NCBI GenBank assembly: GCA_034432395.1
Contig: DAOUBU010000109.1
Coordinates: 5,509 to 69,508, forward strand
Length of the DNA: 64,000 nucleotides
Source of the DNA: Anaerolineae bacterium
GTDB taxonomy: Bacteria > Chloroflexota > Anaerolineae > Aggregatilineales > Phototrophicaceae
Direction: 5' to 3'
Of the stretch, positions 18,096 through 27,482 are shown in pieces; position 1 is the first letter of the stretch, and every line of letters starts with the position of its first letter. Position numbers and translations under genes: made by a program. A model generated the notes under the pieces. It was given only the letters and a program-made list of their open reading frames with translations, ran no database searches and was not told the DNA's origin.

Positions 18096-18656
18096 ATGTC
18101 ACCCGGATTCACGCTGTGGCTGACCGGCCTCTCCGGCGCGGGCAAGACCACGATCGCTGCTGCCCTTGAAGCTGAACTGCGCGCGCGCGGCGTGCCGGTC
18201 GAACGGCTGGATGGCGATACCGTCCGGCAGGGGCTGAGCCGCGATCTCGGCTTCAGCAAGGCCGACCGCGACAAAAACATCGAGCGCGTCACCTTTGTCG
18301 CCAAACTGCTGTCGCGCAACGGCGTCGGCGTGATCGCCGCGTTCATCTCGCCATACCGGGCCGCCCGCGACGCCGCGCGCCGCGAGACCACCAATTTCAT
18401 CGAGGTCTTCGTCTCCGCCCCGCTGACGGTGTGCGCGCAGCGGGATGTCAAAGGGCTGTACGCGAAGGCCCTGGCCGGGGAGATCAAGGATTTCACCGGC
18501 ATCGACGATCCGTATGAGGAACCCCTCAACCCGGAGATCACCCTGTATACCGACCGCGACCCGGTCGAAGTGTGCGTTCAGCAGGTGCTGACCTATCTGG
18601 AAGAGCGCGGCCTGATCCCGGCGGCGGTGTCGATGTCGGACGGGGCGTCGCGATGA
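18096..18656 (+). CDS. cysC: Adenylylsulfate (APS) kinase
   Basis: ORF 17913..18656 trimmed to the ATG at 18096 (MSPGFTLWLTGLSGAGKTTIA). Carries LDGDTVRQGLSRDLGFSKADRDKNIERV and FISPY motifs. Confidence 0.92.
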   Translation: MSPGFTLWLTGLSGAGKTTIAAALEAELRARGVPVERLDGDTVRQGLSRDLGFSKADRDKNIERVTFVAKLLSRNGVGVIAAFISPYRAARDAARRETTNFIEVFVSAPLTVCAQRDVKGLYAKALAGEIKDFTGIDDPYEEPLNPEITLYTDRDPVEVCVQQVLTYLEERGLIPAAVSMSDGASR

Positions 18657-19825
18657 TCGCCCCGATCCCGCCGCACGGCGGCGCGCTGATCGACCGCCTG
18701 CTGACCGGTGACGCCCGCCTGCGGGCGCTGGAGGAAGCGGCGCGCCTGCCCAAGCTGCGCCTCAACGAGACCGCGCTGGCCGATCTCGAGCTGATCGCCA
18801 CCGGCGGCTTCAGCCCGCTGACCGGCTTCATGGATTCCGCCGATTACCGGACGGTGGTGGACGAGATGCGCCTGGCCAGCGGCCTGCCGTGGTCGATCCC
18901 GATCGTGCTGCCCGTCCCCGCCGATCAGAGCGAGGCGTTGGCCGGGGCGGAGGCCGTCGCCCTGCTGGAAGAAGACCGCCCGATCGCCATCCTGCGCGTG
19001 ACCGATCGCTTCACCGTCGATGTCGAGCGTGAGGCGGAGCGCGTCTACCGGACGACGGACGCGGCGCATCCCGGCGTCGCGCGGTTGTATCAGGCCGGCG
19101 CGCAGCGCCTGGGCGGGCCGATCGAGGTCATCGACCTGCCGACGCGGGCGCGGACGGAGTTCGCCGAGCTGCGCTTCACCCCGGCGCAGACGCGCCAGAT
19201 CTTCGCCGAGCGCGGCTGGCGGCGCATCGTCGGCTTTCAGACTCGCAACCCGATCCACCGGGCGCATGAGTACATCCAGAAGACGGCGCTGGAGATCGTC
19301 GATGGGCTGCTGGTGCATCCGCTGGTGGGCGAGACCAAAGCCGACGATATCCCGGCGGATATCCGCATCGAGAGCTACCGCGCCGTCCTCGATGTCTACT
19401 ACCCGGCGGAGCGCGTGCTGCTGGCGGTGTTCCCCGCTGCGATGCGCTATGCCGGCCCGCGCGAGGCGATCCTGCATGCGATCGCGCGCAAGAATTACGG
19501 CTGCACTCACTTCATCGTCGGGCGCGATCACGCGGGCGTGGGGAACTATTACGGCAGCTACGATGCCCATCACATTTTCGATCAGTTCAGCGCCGACGAG
19601 ATCGGCATCACGCCGCTGTTTTTCGAGCATACTTTTTACTGCCGGCGCTGCGGCGGCGTGGTCAGCCTGAAAACCTGCCCGCATGACCCGGGCCAGCACG
19701 TCACGCTGAGCGGGACGCAGGTGCGGGCGCTGCTGGCGCGCGGCGAACTGCTGCCGGAGGAATTCACCCGGCCCGAAGTGAGCCGGGTGCTGATGCGCGC
19801 CATGCGTCCCAACGGGGGCGCGTGA
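18653..19825 (+). CDS. sat: Sulfate adenylyltransferase (ATP sulfurylase, homo-oligomeric type)
   Basis: Start at the ATG at 18653, overlapping the cysC stop (ATGA). Carries QTRNPIHRAHEY and VGRDHAGVG motifs. Confidence 0.92.
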   Translation: MIAPIPPHGGALIDRLLTGDARLRALEEAARLPKLRLNETALADLELIATGGFSPLTGFMDSADYRTVVDEMRLASGLPWSIPIVLPVPADQSEALAGAEAVALLEEDRPIAILRVTDRFTVDVEREAERVYRTTDAAHPGVARLYQAGAQRLGGPIEVIDLPTRARTEFAELRFTPAQTRQIFAERGWRRIVGFQTRNPIHRAHEYIQKTALEIVDGLLVHPLVGETKADDIPADIRIESYRAVLDVYYPAERVLLAVFPAAMRYAGPREAILHAIARKNYGCTHFIVGRDHAGVGNYYGSYDAHHIFDQFSADEIGITPLFFEHTFYCRRCGGVVSLKTCPHDPGQHVTLSGTQVRALLARGELLPEEFTRPEVSRVLMRAMRPNGGA

Positions 19826-19834
19826 CCGAACCGG

Positions 19835-22567
19835 TCACAGGACATCGACCGGATCGACGTCGATATGCCAGCCGCGCGGCAGATCGATGCCGGAGAACGC
19901 GCGCGTCGGATCCGGCCCGCGCAGCAGCAGGTGCCAGCGGAAGCTGTCGTTCTCGCGCGTGAAGTAGCACGGGGCCGGGCCGATGATCTCGGTCGCTGTC
20001 ATCTGGAGCTGATCCAGCCGCGCGCGCAGCAGCGCCTCGGCCCGGCGCGCCTCAGCTTCGGCTTTGCGCTCGGTCGGGAAACGGAATACCAGCCGCACCA
20101 GCCGGCGGAACGGGGGATACCCCAGGTCGCGCCGCCGGGCCAGCGCGCGCGCGTAGAACCCGGCGTAATCGTGGCGCGCCGCCATCTGCAGCGCATCCGA
20201 GTCGGGCTGGTAAGTCTGCAAAATGACCTGCCCCCCCAGCAGCCCGCGCCCGGCCCGGCCCGCCACCTGCGTCAGCAGTTGGAACGTGCGCTCCTCCGCC
20301 CGGAAATCGGGCAGGGCCAGCGCGGTATCGGCGCTGACCACGCCCACCAGCGTGACCAGCGGCAGATCCAGCCCTTTGGCGACCATCTGCGTGCCGACCA
20401 TGACATCGGCCTTGCGCTGGATGAAGCGATCGAGGATCGCCTCATGCGCGCCGGGGGACGACGCCGAGTCGGCATCCCAGCGGACGACGCGCGCCTTCGG
20501 GAAGAACTGGATGACGGTATCCTCAACCTGCTGCGTGCCCGCCCCGAAATACTTGATCCGCGCCGAGCCGCATGCCGGGCAGCGCGCCGGCGGCTGACTG
20601 GCATAACCGCAGCGGTGGCAGCGCAGTTCCCCGGCCCGATGGTACGTCAGCGGCGTGGCGCAGCGCGGGCATTTCTCGACGTGGCCGCAGTCCCGGCAGA
20701 AGATGAAGGTGTTCTGGCCGCGCCGGTTGAGGAACAGGATGGCCTGTTCGCGCCGCGTCAGCGTCTCCGCCAGCGCGTGCTGCAGGGCGATCGAGAACAT
20801 CGACGTGTTGCCGCGCTTCAGTTCCTCGCGCATATCGACGATCTGCACCGGTGGCAGCCCGGTGATGAGCGCGTCTTCGCTGGCGCTGTCCGGCTGGTAG
20901 CGGATGCGCGTCCCCCCGGCCAGATCGCGCCCGGCGCTGACGCGCTCGGTCTGCTGGCGGATGTGCTCGCGGTGGCCGACGATCCGGTTGGGCAGCGTCA
21001 GCCGCGTGATCGGGCTGGCCCCGGTGACGACGCCGCCCTCGCTGCGGTAGAACGTCTCCAGATCCGGGGTGGCGCTGCCCAGCACGACCACGCCGCCGTT
21101 CAGCCCCATCATCATCTCGGCGACGGCGCGGGCATGGTAAGCGGGCATGGCCCCGTTTTTATATGACGGATCGTGTTCTTCATCGAGGATGATCAGGCCG
21201 ACGTCCGGCAGGGGGGTGAACAGCGCTGAACGCGCCCCGACAACGACACGGATCAGGCCGTCGCGGGCTTTGCGCCAGGTGTCATAGCGCTCACCGTTGC
21301 TCAGGCCGCTGTGGACGACCCCCACCTGACCGGGGAAGCGCGCCGCCACCCGGTTGATCGTCTGCGGGGTGAGCGCGATCTCCGGCACGAGGAAGATAGC
21401 GCTGCGCTCTAACGCCAGCGTGAGCTGGATAGCGCGCAGGTAGATCTCGGTCTTGCCGCTGCCGGTCACGCCGTGCAGCAGGAACTGCGCGCCCTGCCCG
21501 CGCTGGATGGCCGCCTTGATCGTCTCCCAGGCCGTGGCCTGCTCCCCGGTCAGGCGCGGCGGGGACATGGCGATGAATTCGCGATCGGCCAGCGGATCGC
21601 GCCATTTCTGCGCTTCGCCCAGCGCGACCAGCCCGGCCTCCTCCAGCCGCCTGAGATCGGCCAGCGTGGCATCGGTCTGGGCGTAGACCCAGCTCACATC
21701 CACCGGCTCGGCCTCGCGCGCCAGCATGCGCAGGATGCGCAGCGGCTTATCGACCCGGCGCAGCTCCGCCAGCCGCTGATCGACCTCGCGCGGAGGGATG
21801 GCCAGCACAAGGCGATCGTCCTCCAGGCGGATCAGGCCGGCATCAACCAGCTTCTGCGCGTGATCGCGCGTCGCCCCGGCGGCGCGAAGCGCGTCGCGCA
21901 GCAGCAGCGGTTCCGCCGCTCTGGCCACAGCGGCCAGCAGCGCGGCGCGCCGCGAGGGTTTCTCCAGCGCGCGCACCGCCCGCCCGATCTGCTCCGGCGG
22001 GATGGCGAGCGCGGCGGTCTGCACCATCCTGGGTTTCTGCTGCGGCGGCGTGATGATCGACTCTTTGCTCACCAGCCCGGCGCGCGCCAGTCCATCGACG
22101 GCGGTGCGCCAGTCCTGGCCGGGCAGCGCGGCGTTCAACTGCGTCCCGCGCAGCGGGCCGCGCCGCTCCAGCAGCTCGAGCAGCGTCGTTTCCAGCGCGG
22201 ACAGCCGATCCGGGCTGGTTGCACCGGGGATGCGCGTCACGCGCACGTCGCGCTGCCCGGTCAGGCCGGGGGGGAGCCACAGCCACAGGCACGGGCCGAG
22301 CGGGGCGAGGTAGGTCGAGGCGATCCAGCGCGACACCGCGATCTGGCCCGGCGTCAGGATGGGTCGGGGGTCGAGCAGGGCGGCGATCGGTTTGGCTGTC
22401 TGCGCTGGCGGGGTGTCGTGCAGGCGCAGGATGATGCCGTGCTGCGCCGCCGTGCCGAACGGGATCTGCACCAGGTGGCCGACCGTCAGACGGTCGGCCA
22501 GTTCCGGCGGAACCAGATAATCGAACGTGGCGTGGACGGGCGCATCGACGGCGATCTCGGCGTACAT
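19835..22567 (-). CDS. priA: Primosomal protein N' (replication restart helicase PriA), long form
   Basis: 910 aa with Walker A GVTGSGKTEIY, DEEHD, and the Cys-rich Zn region CRDCGHVEKCPRCATPLTYHRAGELRCHRCGYASQPPARCPACGS. Confidence 0.92.
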   Translation of the reverse strand: MYAEIAVDAPVHATFDYLVPPELADRLTVGHLVQIPFGTAAQHGIILRLHDTPPAQTAKPIAALLDPRPILTPGQIAVSRWIASTYLAPLGPCLWLWLPPGLTGQRDVRVTRIPGATSPDRLSALETTLLELLERRGPLRGTQLNAALPGQDWRTAVDGLARAGLVSKESIITPPQQKPRMVQTAALAIPPEQIGRAVRALEKPSRRAALLAAVARAAEPLLLRDALRAAGATRDHAQKLVDAGLIRLEDDRLVLAIPPREVDQRLAELRRVDKPLRILRMLAREAEPVDVSWVYAQTDATLADLRRLEEAGLVALGEAQKWRDPLADREFIAMSPPRLTGEQATAWETIKAAIQRGQGAQFLLHGVTGSGKTEIYLRAIQLTLALERSAIFLVPEIALTPQTINRVAARFPGQVGVVHSGLSNGERYDTWRKARDGLIRVVVGARSALFTPLPDVGLIILDEEHDPSYKNGAMPAYHARAVAEMMMGLNGGVVVLGSATPDLETFYRSEGGVVTGASPITRLTLPNRIVGHREHIRQQTERVSAGRDLAGGTRIRYQPDSASEDALITGLPPVQIVDMREELKRGNTSMFSIALQHALAETLTRREQAILFLNRRGQNTFIFCRDCGHVEKCPRCATPLTYHRAGELRCHRCGYASQPPARCPACGSARIKYFGAGTQQVEDTVIQFFPKARVVRWDADSASSPGAHEAILDRFIQRKADVMVGTQMVAKGLDLPLVTLVGVVSADTALALPDFRAEERTFQLLTQVAGRAGRGLLGGQVILQTYQPDSDALQMAARHDYAGFYARALARRRDLGYPPFRRLVRLVFRFPTERKAEAEARRAEALLRARLDQLQMTATEIIGPAPCYFTRENDSFRWHLLLRGPDPTRAFSGIDLPRGWHIDVDPVDVL

Positions 22568-22678
22568 GGACGGTGTACCGGTTTCATCTCACGTCGATTG
22601 TAGCACAAATATTCGATCGCGTGATCGAGAACCGGTCACACGGGCGCTTGCGTCGTGGATCATCTGAGGACAATCCAG

Positions 22679-23050
22679 TCATAAATACTCGATGTGATCG
22701 ATCATCTCTTCAGCGCTCAACACGCCGCAGATGACTTCCAGACCACGTACCCAGTCCCCGATCGTGGTGCTGAAATGCTGAGCGATGATGATACCCGCAT
22801 GAGGGATCCCCTCAGCATGCAGCCGCAGAAAATCGTGGTCGAAAGTACAGAGAACGCGCCCCATCGCTGAAGCACGCAGCAGGTGGTTGATATCGGTATC
22901 GCCCAGCAATCCGAGATCGCGTACTGTGACAGCATCGATGCCCCGGCTGCGCATCTGTTGAGCAACAGCGACCTGTACACCTTCATCGAAGTACAGGCGG
23001 ATGGCGCTGCCCAAAGCCCTTGTCCCTGGCTTCACGGATGATCCGGTCAT
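22679..23050 (-). CDS. DUF5615 (Mut7-C/PIN-like) protein, putative toxin
   Basis: IRLYFDEGVQVAVAQQMRSRGIDAVTVRDLGLLGDTDINHLLRASAMGRVLCTFDHDF resembles DUF5615/COG4634. The start is uncertain: the ATG at 23050, or the in-frame GTG or TTG downstream of it. All overlap the 3' end of the DUF433 gene. Confidence 0.65.
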   Translation of the reverse strand: MTGSSVKPGTRALGSAIRLYFDEGVQVAVAQQMRSRGIDAVTVRDLGLLGDTDINHLLRASAMGRVLCTFDHDFLRLHAEGIPHAGIIIAQHFSTTIGDWVRGLEVICGVLSAEEMIDHIEYL

Positions 23051-23291
23051 TTTCCATGATCTGAGCGTCGATCTCGTCCTGATGTTCGTAGTAGTAGGCC
23101 AGTGCCGCATACACCTGCGCCAGCGAGATCTGTAACTGCTCCGCCAGTTCGTCGGGCGTATAGTGACGATAGCGATGATGCGCTGCGACATCCTGCACCA
23201 TCAGCGTCGTCCCGGCGATGATCGGACGTCCGTCGCGGATGCGCGGATCAGAAACGATGGTATTGATCGACAGCACGGTGATATCGCTCAT
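22983..23291 (-). CDS. DUF433 (COG2442) protein, putative antitoxin
   Basis: Trimmed to the ATG at 23291, which is preceded by a GAGAGGA SD. DPRIRDGRPIIAGTTLMVQDV...YTPDELAEQLQISLAQVYAALAYYYEH is the DUF433 signature. Confidence 0.75.
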   Translation of the reverse strand: MSDITVLSINTIVSDPRIRDGRPIIAGTTLMVQDVAAHHRYRHYTPDELAEQLQISLAQVYAALAYYYEHQDEIDAQIMENDRIIREARDKGFGQRHPPVLR

Positions 23292-23455
23292 GGTATTCCT
23301 CTCACAAGTCACAGGGGCACCATTCCAACGGGCTGCGACTCGCTCCCCGGACTCGGCGATCGATCATCACCCGATCGCAGCGCGGGTTCCCTATCATTCA
23401 AGCATACCAGACTTCGCGACAATCCACCGGACTGATGACGGACTTTACCGCACGA

Positions 23456-24247
23456 TCACTCCCGGTCAGCGGATGCCGGTTTCAGACCGCGCGCCAGCAG
23501 ATCGGCGATGTGGATGACGCGCTTGCTGCTGCCCTGGCGGCTCAGGCCGCCGTTCATCTGCGTCAGACAGCTCGCATCCCCGGTGACGATGACGTCGGCA
23601 TCGGCGGCGTTGATGTTCCTGACCTTGTCGTCCAGCATCGCCCCGCTGATCTCCGGCATCTTGACGGCGAACAGGCCGCCGAAACCGCAGCACTGATCTT
23701 CCCCCTCCAGCCGGGTGACGGTCACGCCGTCGATGTGTTCGGCCAGCGCCACCGCCTGCGGCCCCAGCCCGCCCAGGCGCAGCCCATGGCAGGCGTGGTG
23801 GAACGCCACCTTCGTCGGCGGCAGCGCCGCGCCCAGATCGGTGATCCCCAGCCCGTCCACCAGGTACTCGGTCAGCTCCCAGGTGATCGACGCGGCCCAG
23901 TCGGCGCGCGGCCCCCATTCCGGGTCGTCCTTGAACAATTCCGGGTAGTAATGCTGCACCATCGAGGCGCAGCTCCCCGATGGGGTGACGATCACCTCGG
24001 CATCGGCGAAGGCGGTCAGGAACTGGCGGGCGACGGCGCGCGCATCGTCCTGGAAGCCGCTGTTGAAGGCGGGCTGGCCGCAGCACGTCTGAGCAAGCGG
24101 GAAGCGCACCTCGATCCCCAGATGTTCCAGGATCTGGACGACCGAGATCCCGGTTCCGGGGTAGATCATGTCAACGATGCAGGTGACGAACAGCGAGACC
24201 GGCTTGTGCCGCGGTGAGGGACGCAGATCGCGATCGGTGACGGACAT
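23456..24247 (-). CDS. (Fe-S)-binding CCG-domain oxidoreductase subunit (LutA/GlcF-like)
   Basis: Trimmed to the ATG at 24247. It has two cysteine-rich CCG motifs (CCGQPAFNSG and CCGFGGLF) and VSLFVTCIVD, typical of LutA. No lutB or lutC is adjacent. Confidence 0.75.
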   Translation of the reverse strand: MSVTDRDLRPSPRHKPVSLFVTCIVDMIYPGTGISVVQILEHLGIEVRFPLAQTCCGQPAFNSGFQDDARAVARQFLTAFADAEVIVTPSGSCASMVQHYYPELFKDDPEWGPRADWAASITWELTEYLVDGLGITDLGAALPPTKVAFHHACHGLRLGGLGPQAVALAEHIDGVTVTRLEGEDQCCGFGGLFAVKMPEISGAMLDDKVRNINAADADVIVTGDASCLTQMNGGLSRQGSSKRVIHIADLLARGLKPASADRE

Positions 24248-24419
24248 TTCCCAACTTCCTCGATATATCCCTGATGAACACGGTTTATCCAAAATTTGGG
24301 ATTCTGTGGCCTGTTATCCCAAAAATATCCAAAACGATCAAGATTTATCATTAAGAACATGTAAAGATCGATCCTGTGACAATGATCGGATCGATCGGAA
24401 CCTCAGGCGACCATCGGCC

Positions 24420-25487
24420 TCACCAGACTTTGCCGCGCGCGGCCACCGGCCAGATCTGTTCGACGGCGCCATCGCGCCAGCCGCCGCGCACGCCGTAGAT
24501 CTGATCGTGCATGTTGGTGGTCACGCAGGTATGCACCGGGATGATGTGGACGATATCGCCGACATCCGGGCGGTCGGGGCAGGCGCTGAAATCGACGTAG
24601 GCATGTTCTTCGTTGAGGCGGTAGATGCGCGCCTGCGGATATTCGACCAGATAGCCGTAGCCACCGTCGATCGTCTCCGGGGTCAGGGTCTTGCTGCCCG
24701 CGTCGAGGATGCCGCGATCGTCGTTCGGGCGGCTGACGACGGTGCTGCGCACGGCCATGGCGCAGTCATCCAGCGCGCACCAGCCGTTGAGGACGGTCGT
24801 CCAGTCGTTGAAGACATACGTCCCGACACGGATCTCGGTCAGTTCAGGAAATTCGCCCAGGTGCAGCACCGCGCCCGTGCCGCCGCCGCTGATCAGATCG
24901 ACGCCGATGCCGGCTTCGTCCAGCCGGTCGAGCACGTACTGAACAGCCGGTCGGGCCGCCGGATCGCTGGGATACAGCAGCAGGCCGGCGAAGTGCAGGT
25001 GCTCATCGGCCTCGATCTGCTGCGCCAGCTCGACGGCGCGTTCCGGCGGCGCGCCCGCCCGCCGTTGATCGGTCTCCAGTTCGACCAGCACGCGCAGCCT
25101 CAGCCCGGCGGCCTCGCTCGCTGCGGACAGTCCGGCGATCGTCTCCCGGCTGTCCGCCGAGACGGTGATGCGGTTGTACAGCGCCAGATCGGTCAGCCGG
25201 CGGGTCTTGAGCGGGCCGACGATGTTGTAGGGGATGAGGATGTCGTTCAGCCCGGCGGCGGCGAACACCTCCGCCTCGCTCACCTTCTGGCAGGCGATGC
25301 CGATCGCCCCGGCCTCGATCTGCATTCGGGCGATGGCTGGGATCTTGTGCGTCTTCACATGCGCGCGGAAAGCCACCCCGTGTTCGTCGCACAGGGCCTG
25401 CATCCGCTGGATGTTGCGCTCCATGATGGCGAGATCGACCAGCACGGATGGTGTATCGAGGTCATGGACGGTCTGGACATCGGTCAT
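24420..25487 (-). CDS. D-TA-family PLP enzyme (alanine racemase N-terminal fold; D-threonine aldolase/D-serine dehydratase-like)
   Basis: Trimmed to the ATG at 25487 (MTDVQTVHDLDTPSVLVDL). FRAHVKTHKIPAIARMQIEAGAIGIACQKVSEAEVF contains the PLP lysine context of this family. Confidence 0.75.
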   Translation of the reverse strand: MTDVQTVHDLDTPSVLVDLAIMERNIQRMQALCDEHGVAFRAHVKTHKIPAIARMQIEAGAIGIACQKVSEAEVFAAAGLNDILIPYNIVGPLKTRRLTDLALYNRITVSADSRETIAGLSAASEAAGLRLRVLVELETDQRRAGAPPERAVELAQQIEADEHLHFAGLLLYPSDPAARPAVQYVLDRLDEAGIGVDLISGGGTGAVLHLGEFPELTEIRVGTYVFNDWTTVLNGWCALDDCAMAVRSTVVSRPNDDRGILDAGSKTLTPETIDGGYGYLVEYPQARIYRLNEEHAYVDFSACPDRPDVGDIVHIIPVHTCVTTNMHDQIYGVRGGWRDGAVEQIWPVAARGKVW

Positions 25488-25649
25488 CGGCAGATCCGGG
25501 ATCGGGGGCTGAGCCTGTTGACCGGATTGTACCGCGTCCGCGGTCGATCTGTCACCGGGTTGCCCGCCGTGCCGTGGGTGACATGTGACCCAGGCCGGGG
25601 TGAAGAATGTCACTACTGATTAAAGGCTGGTGAGGCCAAACTCAGAATG

Positions 25650-25667
25650 TATATGGATATCCGAATA
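25650..25667. promoter_or_regulatory. Candidate ArsR/SmtB operator
   Basis: 18-bp imperfect inverted repeat TATATGGATATCCGAATA (14 of 18 positions symmetric; perfect core GGATATCC). It abuts the GGTGGAG SD of the arsR-like gene, in an unusually AT-rich stretch. Confidence 0.45.
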
Positions 25668-25683
25668 GGTGGAGTGGGCGATC

Positions 25684-26007
25684 ATGGCCGTCCCCGGACT
25701 CGATGAACTGCAACTGCTGCACACGCAGATGTGCCAGGCAGTCGGCGATCCCCGGCGCATCCAGATCCTGTACGCCCTGCATGACGGGCCGCTGCATGTC
25801 ACGGGTCTGGCGGAGCTGCTCGATGCCCCTCAACCGACGATCTCGCGCCATCTGGCGCTGCTGCGCGATCGCGCGCTGGTGACTGCGGAACGCGACGGGC
25901 AGGCCGTGATCTACCGGCTGACCGATGAGCGGATCATCACTGTGCTCGACCTCATGCGGCAGATGCTGCGCGACTCGCTGGCGCGCCGCGCCAGCACACT
26001 CGATTGA
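25684..26007 (+). CDS. ArsR/SmtB-family transcriptional regulator
   Basis: LCQAVGDPRRIQILYALHDGPLHVTGLAELLDAPQPTISRHLALLRDRALV is a winged-helix HTH. The ATG at 25684 is preferred over the GTG at 25669 because of SD spacing. Confidence 0.88.
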   Translation: MAVPGLDELQLLHTQMCQAVGDPRRIQILYALHDGPLHVTGLAELLDAPQPTISRHLALLRDRALVTAERDGQAVIYRLTDERIITVLDLMRQMLRDSLARRASTLD

Positions 26008-26041
26008 TCGTTTTTAGCAGGCACGCAGGAGCTGTGTGACG

Positions 26042-27469
26042 ATGCTGCGTTCGTTCAAGTACATCTGGCTGCTGGGCCTGATCGGCACGGTGGCCATCGT
26101 CGTCGGGGTCGTGCTGCTGGCGCTGTCACCGCTGCAAACGGAAGCAGCCGGCGATCCCTGGGCGCATGTTCCGGTGCGCCTGGAGCCGACCGATCACCGC
26201 GCGTTGATGCCGGGGCCGTATGAAACCGGGCCGGAGGTGACCGCCGCCTGCCTGACGTGCCATGAGGATGCGGCGCATCAGGTGGCCATGACCACGCACT
26301 GGACCTGGCAGAGTCCGCCGGTGCAGGTGGCCTGGCGCGATGAGCCGGTCTCGATCGGCAAGGCCAATGTCATCAACAATTTCTGTATCGGCATTCAGTC
26401 CAATGAGCCGGACTGCACGCGCTGTCACGTGGGGTACGGCTGGGAGGACGATACCTTCGACTTCACCAACCTGGACAATGTGGACTGCCTGGTCTGCCAC
26501 GACCAGACCGGCACCTACGTCAAAGGGGAAGCCGGGCTGCCGCAGGAGAACGTCGATCTGACGCTGGTCGCCCAGAACGTGGGTATACCGACGCGCAATA
26601 ACTGCGGCAGTTGTCACTTCAATGGCGGCGGCGGCAACGGCGTCAAGCACGGCGACCTCGACTCCAGCCTGTACTTCCCGTCGGAGACGCTCGATGTCCA
26701 CATGGGCCGTTATGACTTCCTGTGCATCGACTGCCACCAGACGCATGATCACGAGATCGCCGGGCGGTCGTTCACAGTCAGCGCCGACAACGCCAATCAG
26801 ATCGGCTGCACCGACTGCCATGAGCCGACGCTGCATGAAGACGATCGCATCACCAGCCATATCGACAGCGTGGCCTGCCAGACGTGCCATATCCCGTCGG
26901 TGGCGCGGCGCGATCCCACGCGCGTCAGTTGGGACTGGTCGCAGGCGGGCGATATGACGCGCGAGAACGTGCCCGGGCTGTACCTGCAAACGCGCGGCGA
27001 GTTCCTCTCCACCCTCAATTACATGCCGACGTATGCCTGGTACAACGGCACGGGCATGCGCTACCTGCTGGGCGATCTGATCGATCCGCTCAACATCACC
27101 GTGCTGGCGCAGCCGCTGGGCACGATCGACGATCCCAATGCCGTCATCTTCCCGTTCAAGATCCACTACGGCGTTCAGCCATACGATACCGAGTACAACA
27201 TCCTGCTCCAGCCGACGACGGCGGGCGAGGGCGGGTACTGGCATACCTTCGATTGGGACTCGGCGCTGGCTCACGGCGCGGAGGCCGCTGGCATCCCCTA
27301 CAGCGGACACTACGATTTCGCCGAGACGGCGATGTACTGGCCGCTGACGCACATGGTGCAGCCCGCCGAGTACGCGCTGACCTGTACTGACTGCCACAGC
27401 GACAACGGGCGCATGGACTGGCAGGCTCTCGGCTATTACGGCGATCCGATGGTCTGGGGCGGGCGGTAG
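26042..27469 (+). CDS. Octahaem c-type cytochrome, tetrathionate-reductase (Otr)-like family
   Basis: N-terminal signal-anchor and exactly eight CXXCH motifs: CLTCH, CTRCH, CLVCH, CGSCH, CIDCH, CTDCH, CQTCH, CTDCH. The eighth lies about 170 aa after the seventh. Size about 475 aa. AGGAG SD about 10 nt upstream of the ATG at 26042. Assignment to the Otr family rather than the HAO/ONR/MccA families rests on size and motif spacing from memory. Confidence 0.8.
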   Translation: MLRSFKYIWLLGLIGTVAIVVGVVLLALSPLQTEAAGDPWAHVPVRLEPTDHRALMPGPYETGPEVTAACLTCHEDAAHQVAMTTHWTWQSPPVQVAWRDEPVSIGKANVINNFCIGIQSNEPDCTRCHVGYGWEDDTFDFTNLDNVDCLVCHDQTGTYVKGEAGLPQENVDLTLVAQNVGIPTRNNCGSCHFNGGGGNGVKHGDLDSSLYFPSETLDVHMGRYDFLCIDCHQTHDHEIAGRSFTVSADNANQIGCTDCHEPTLHEDDRITSHIDSVACQTCHIPSVARRDPTRVSWDWSQAGDMTRENVPGLYLQTRGEFLSTLNYMPTYAWYNGTGMRYLLGDLIDPLNITVLAQPLGTIDDPNAVIFPFKIHYGVQPYDTEYNILLQPTTAGEGGYWHTFDWDSALAHGAEAAGIPYSGHYDFAETAMYWPLTHMVQPAEYALTCTDCHSDNGRMDWQALGYYGDPMVWGGR

Positions 27470-27482
27470 GAGTGAAAGCGAG

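Noticed and set aside
18096-19825. Possibility that cysC-sat belongs to the same sulfur system as the 25.6-31.9 kb cytochrome/YeeE operon
   Set aside because: They are separated by about 6 kb containing priA, a TA pair and unrelated metabolic genes on the opposite strand. cysC-sat is a standard assimilatory sulfate-activation pair. There is no evidence of co-regulation in the sequence.
23456-24247. Calling the CCG-domain gene part of a lutABC lactate-utilisation operon
   Set aside because: No LutB (4Fe-4S, DUF162) or LutC gene is adjacent on either side, so only the family-level call is supported.
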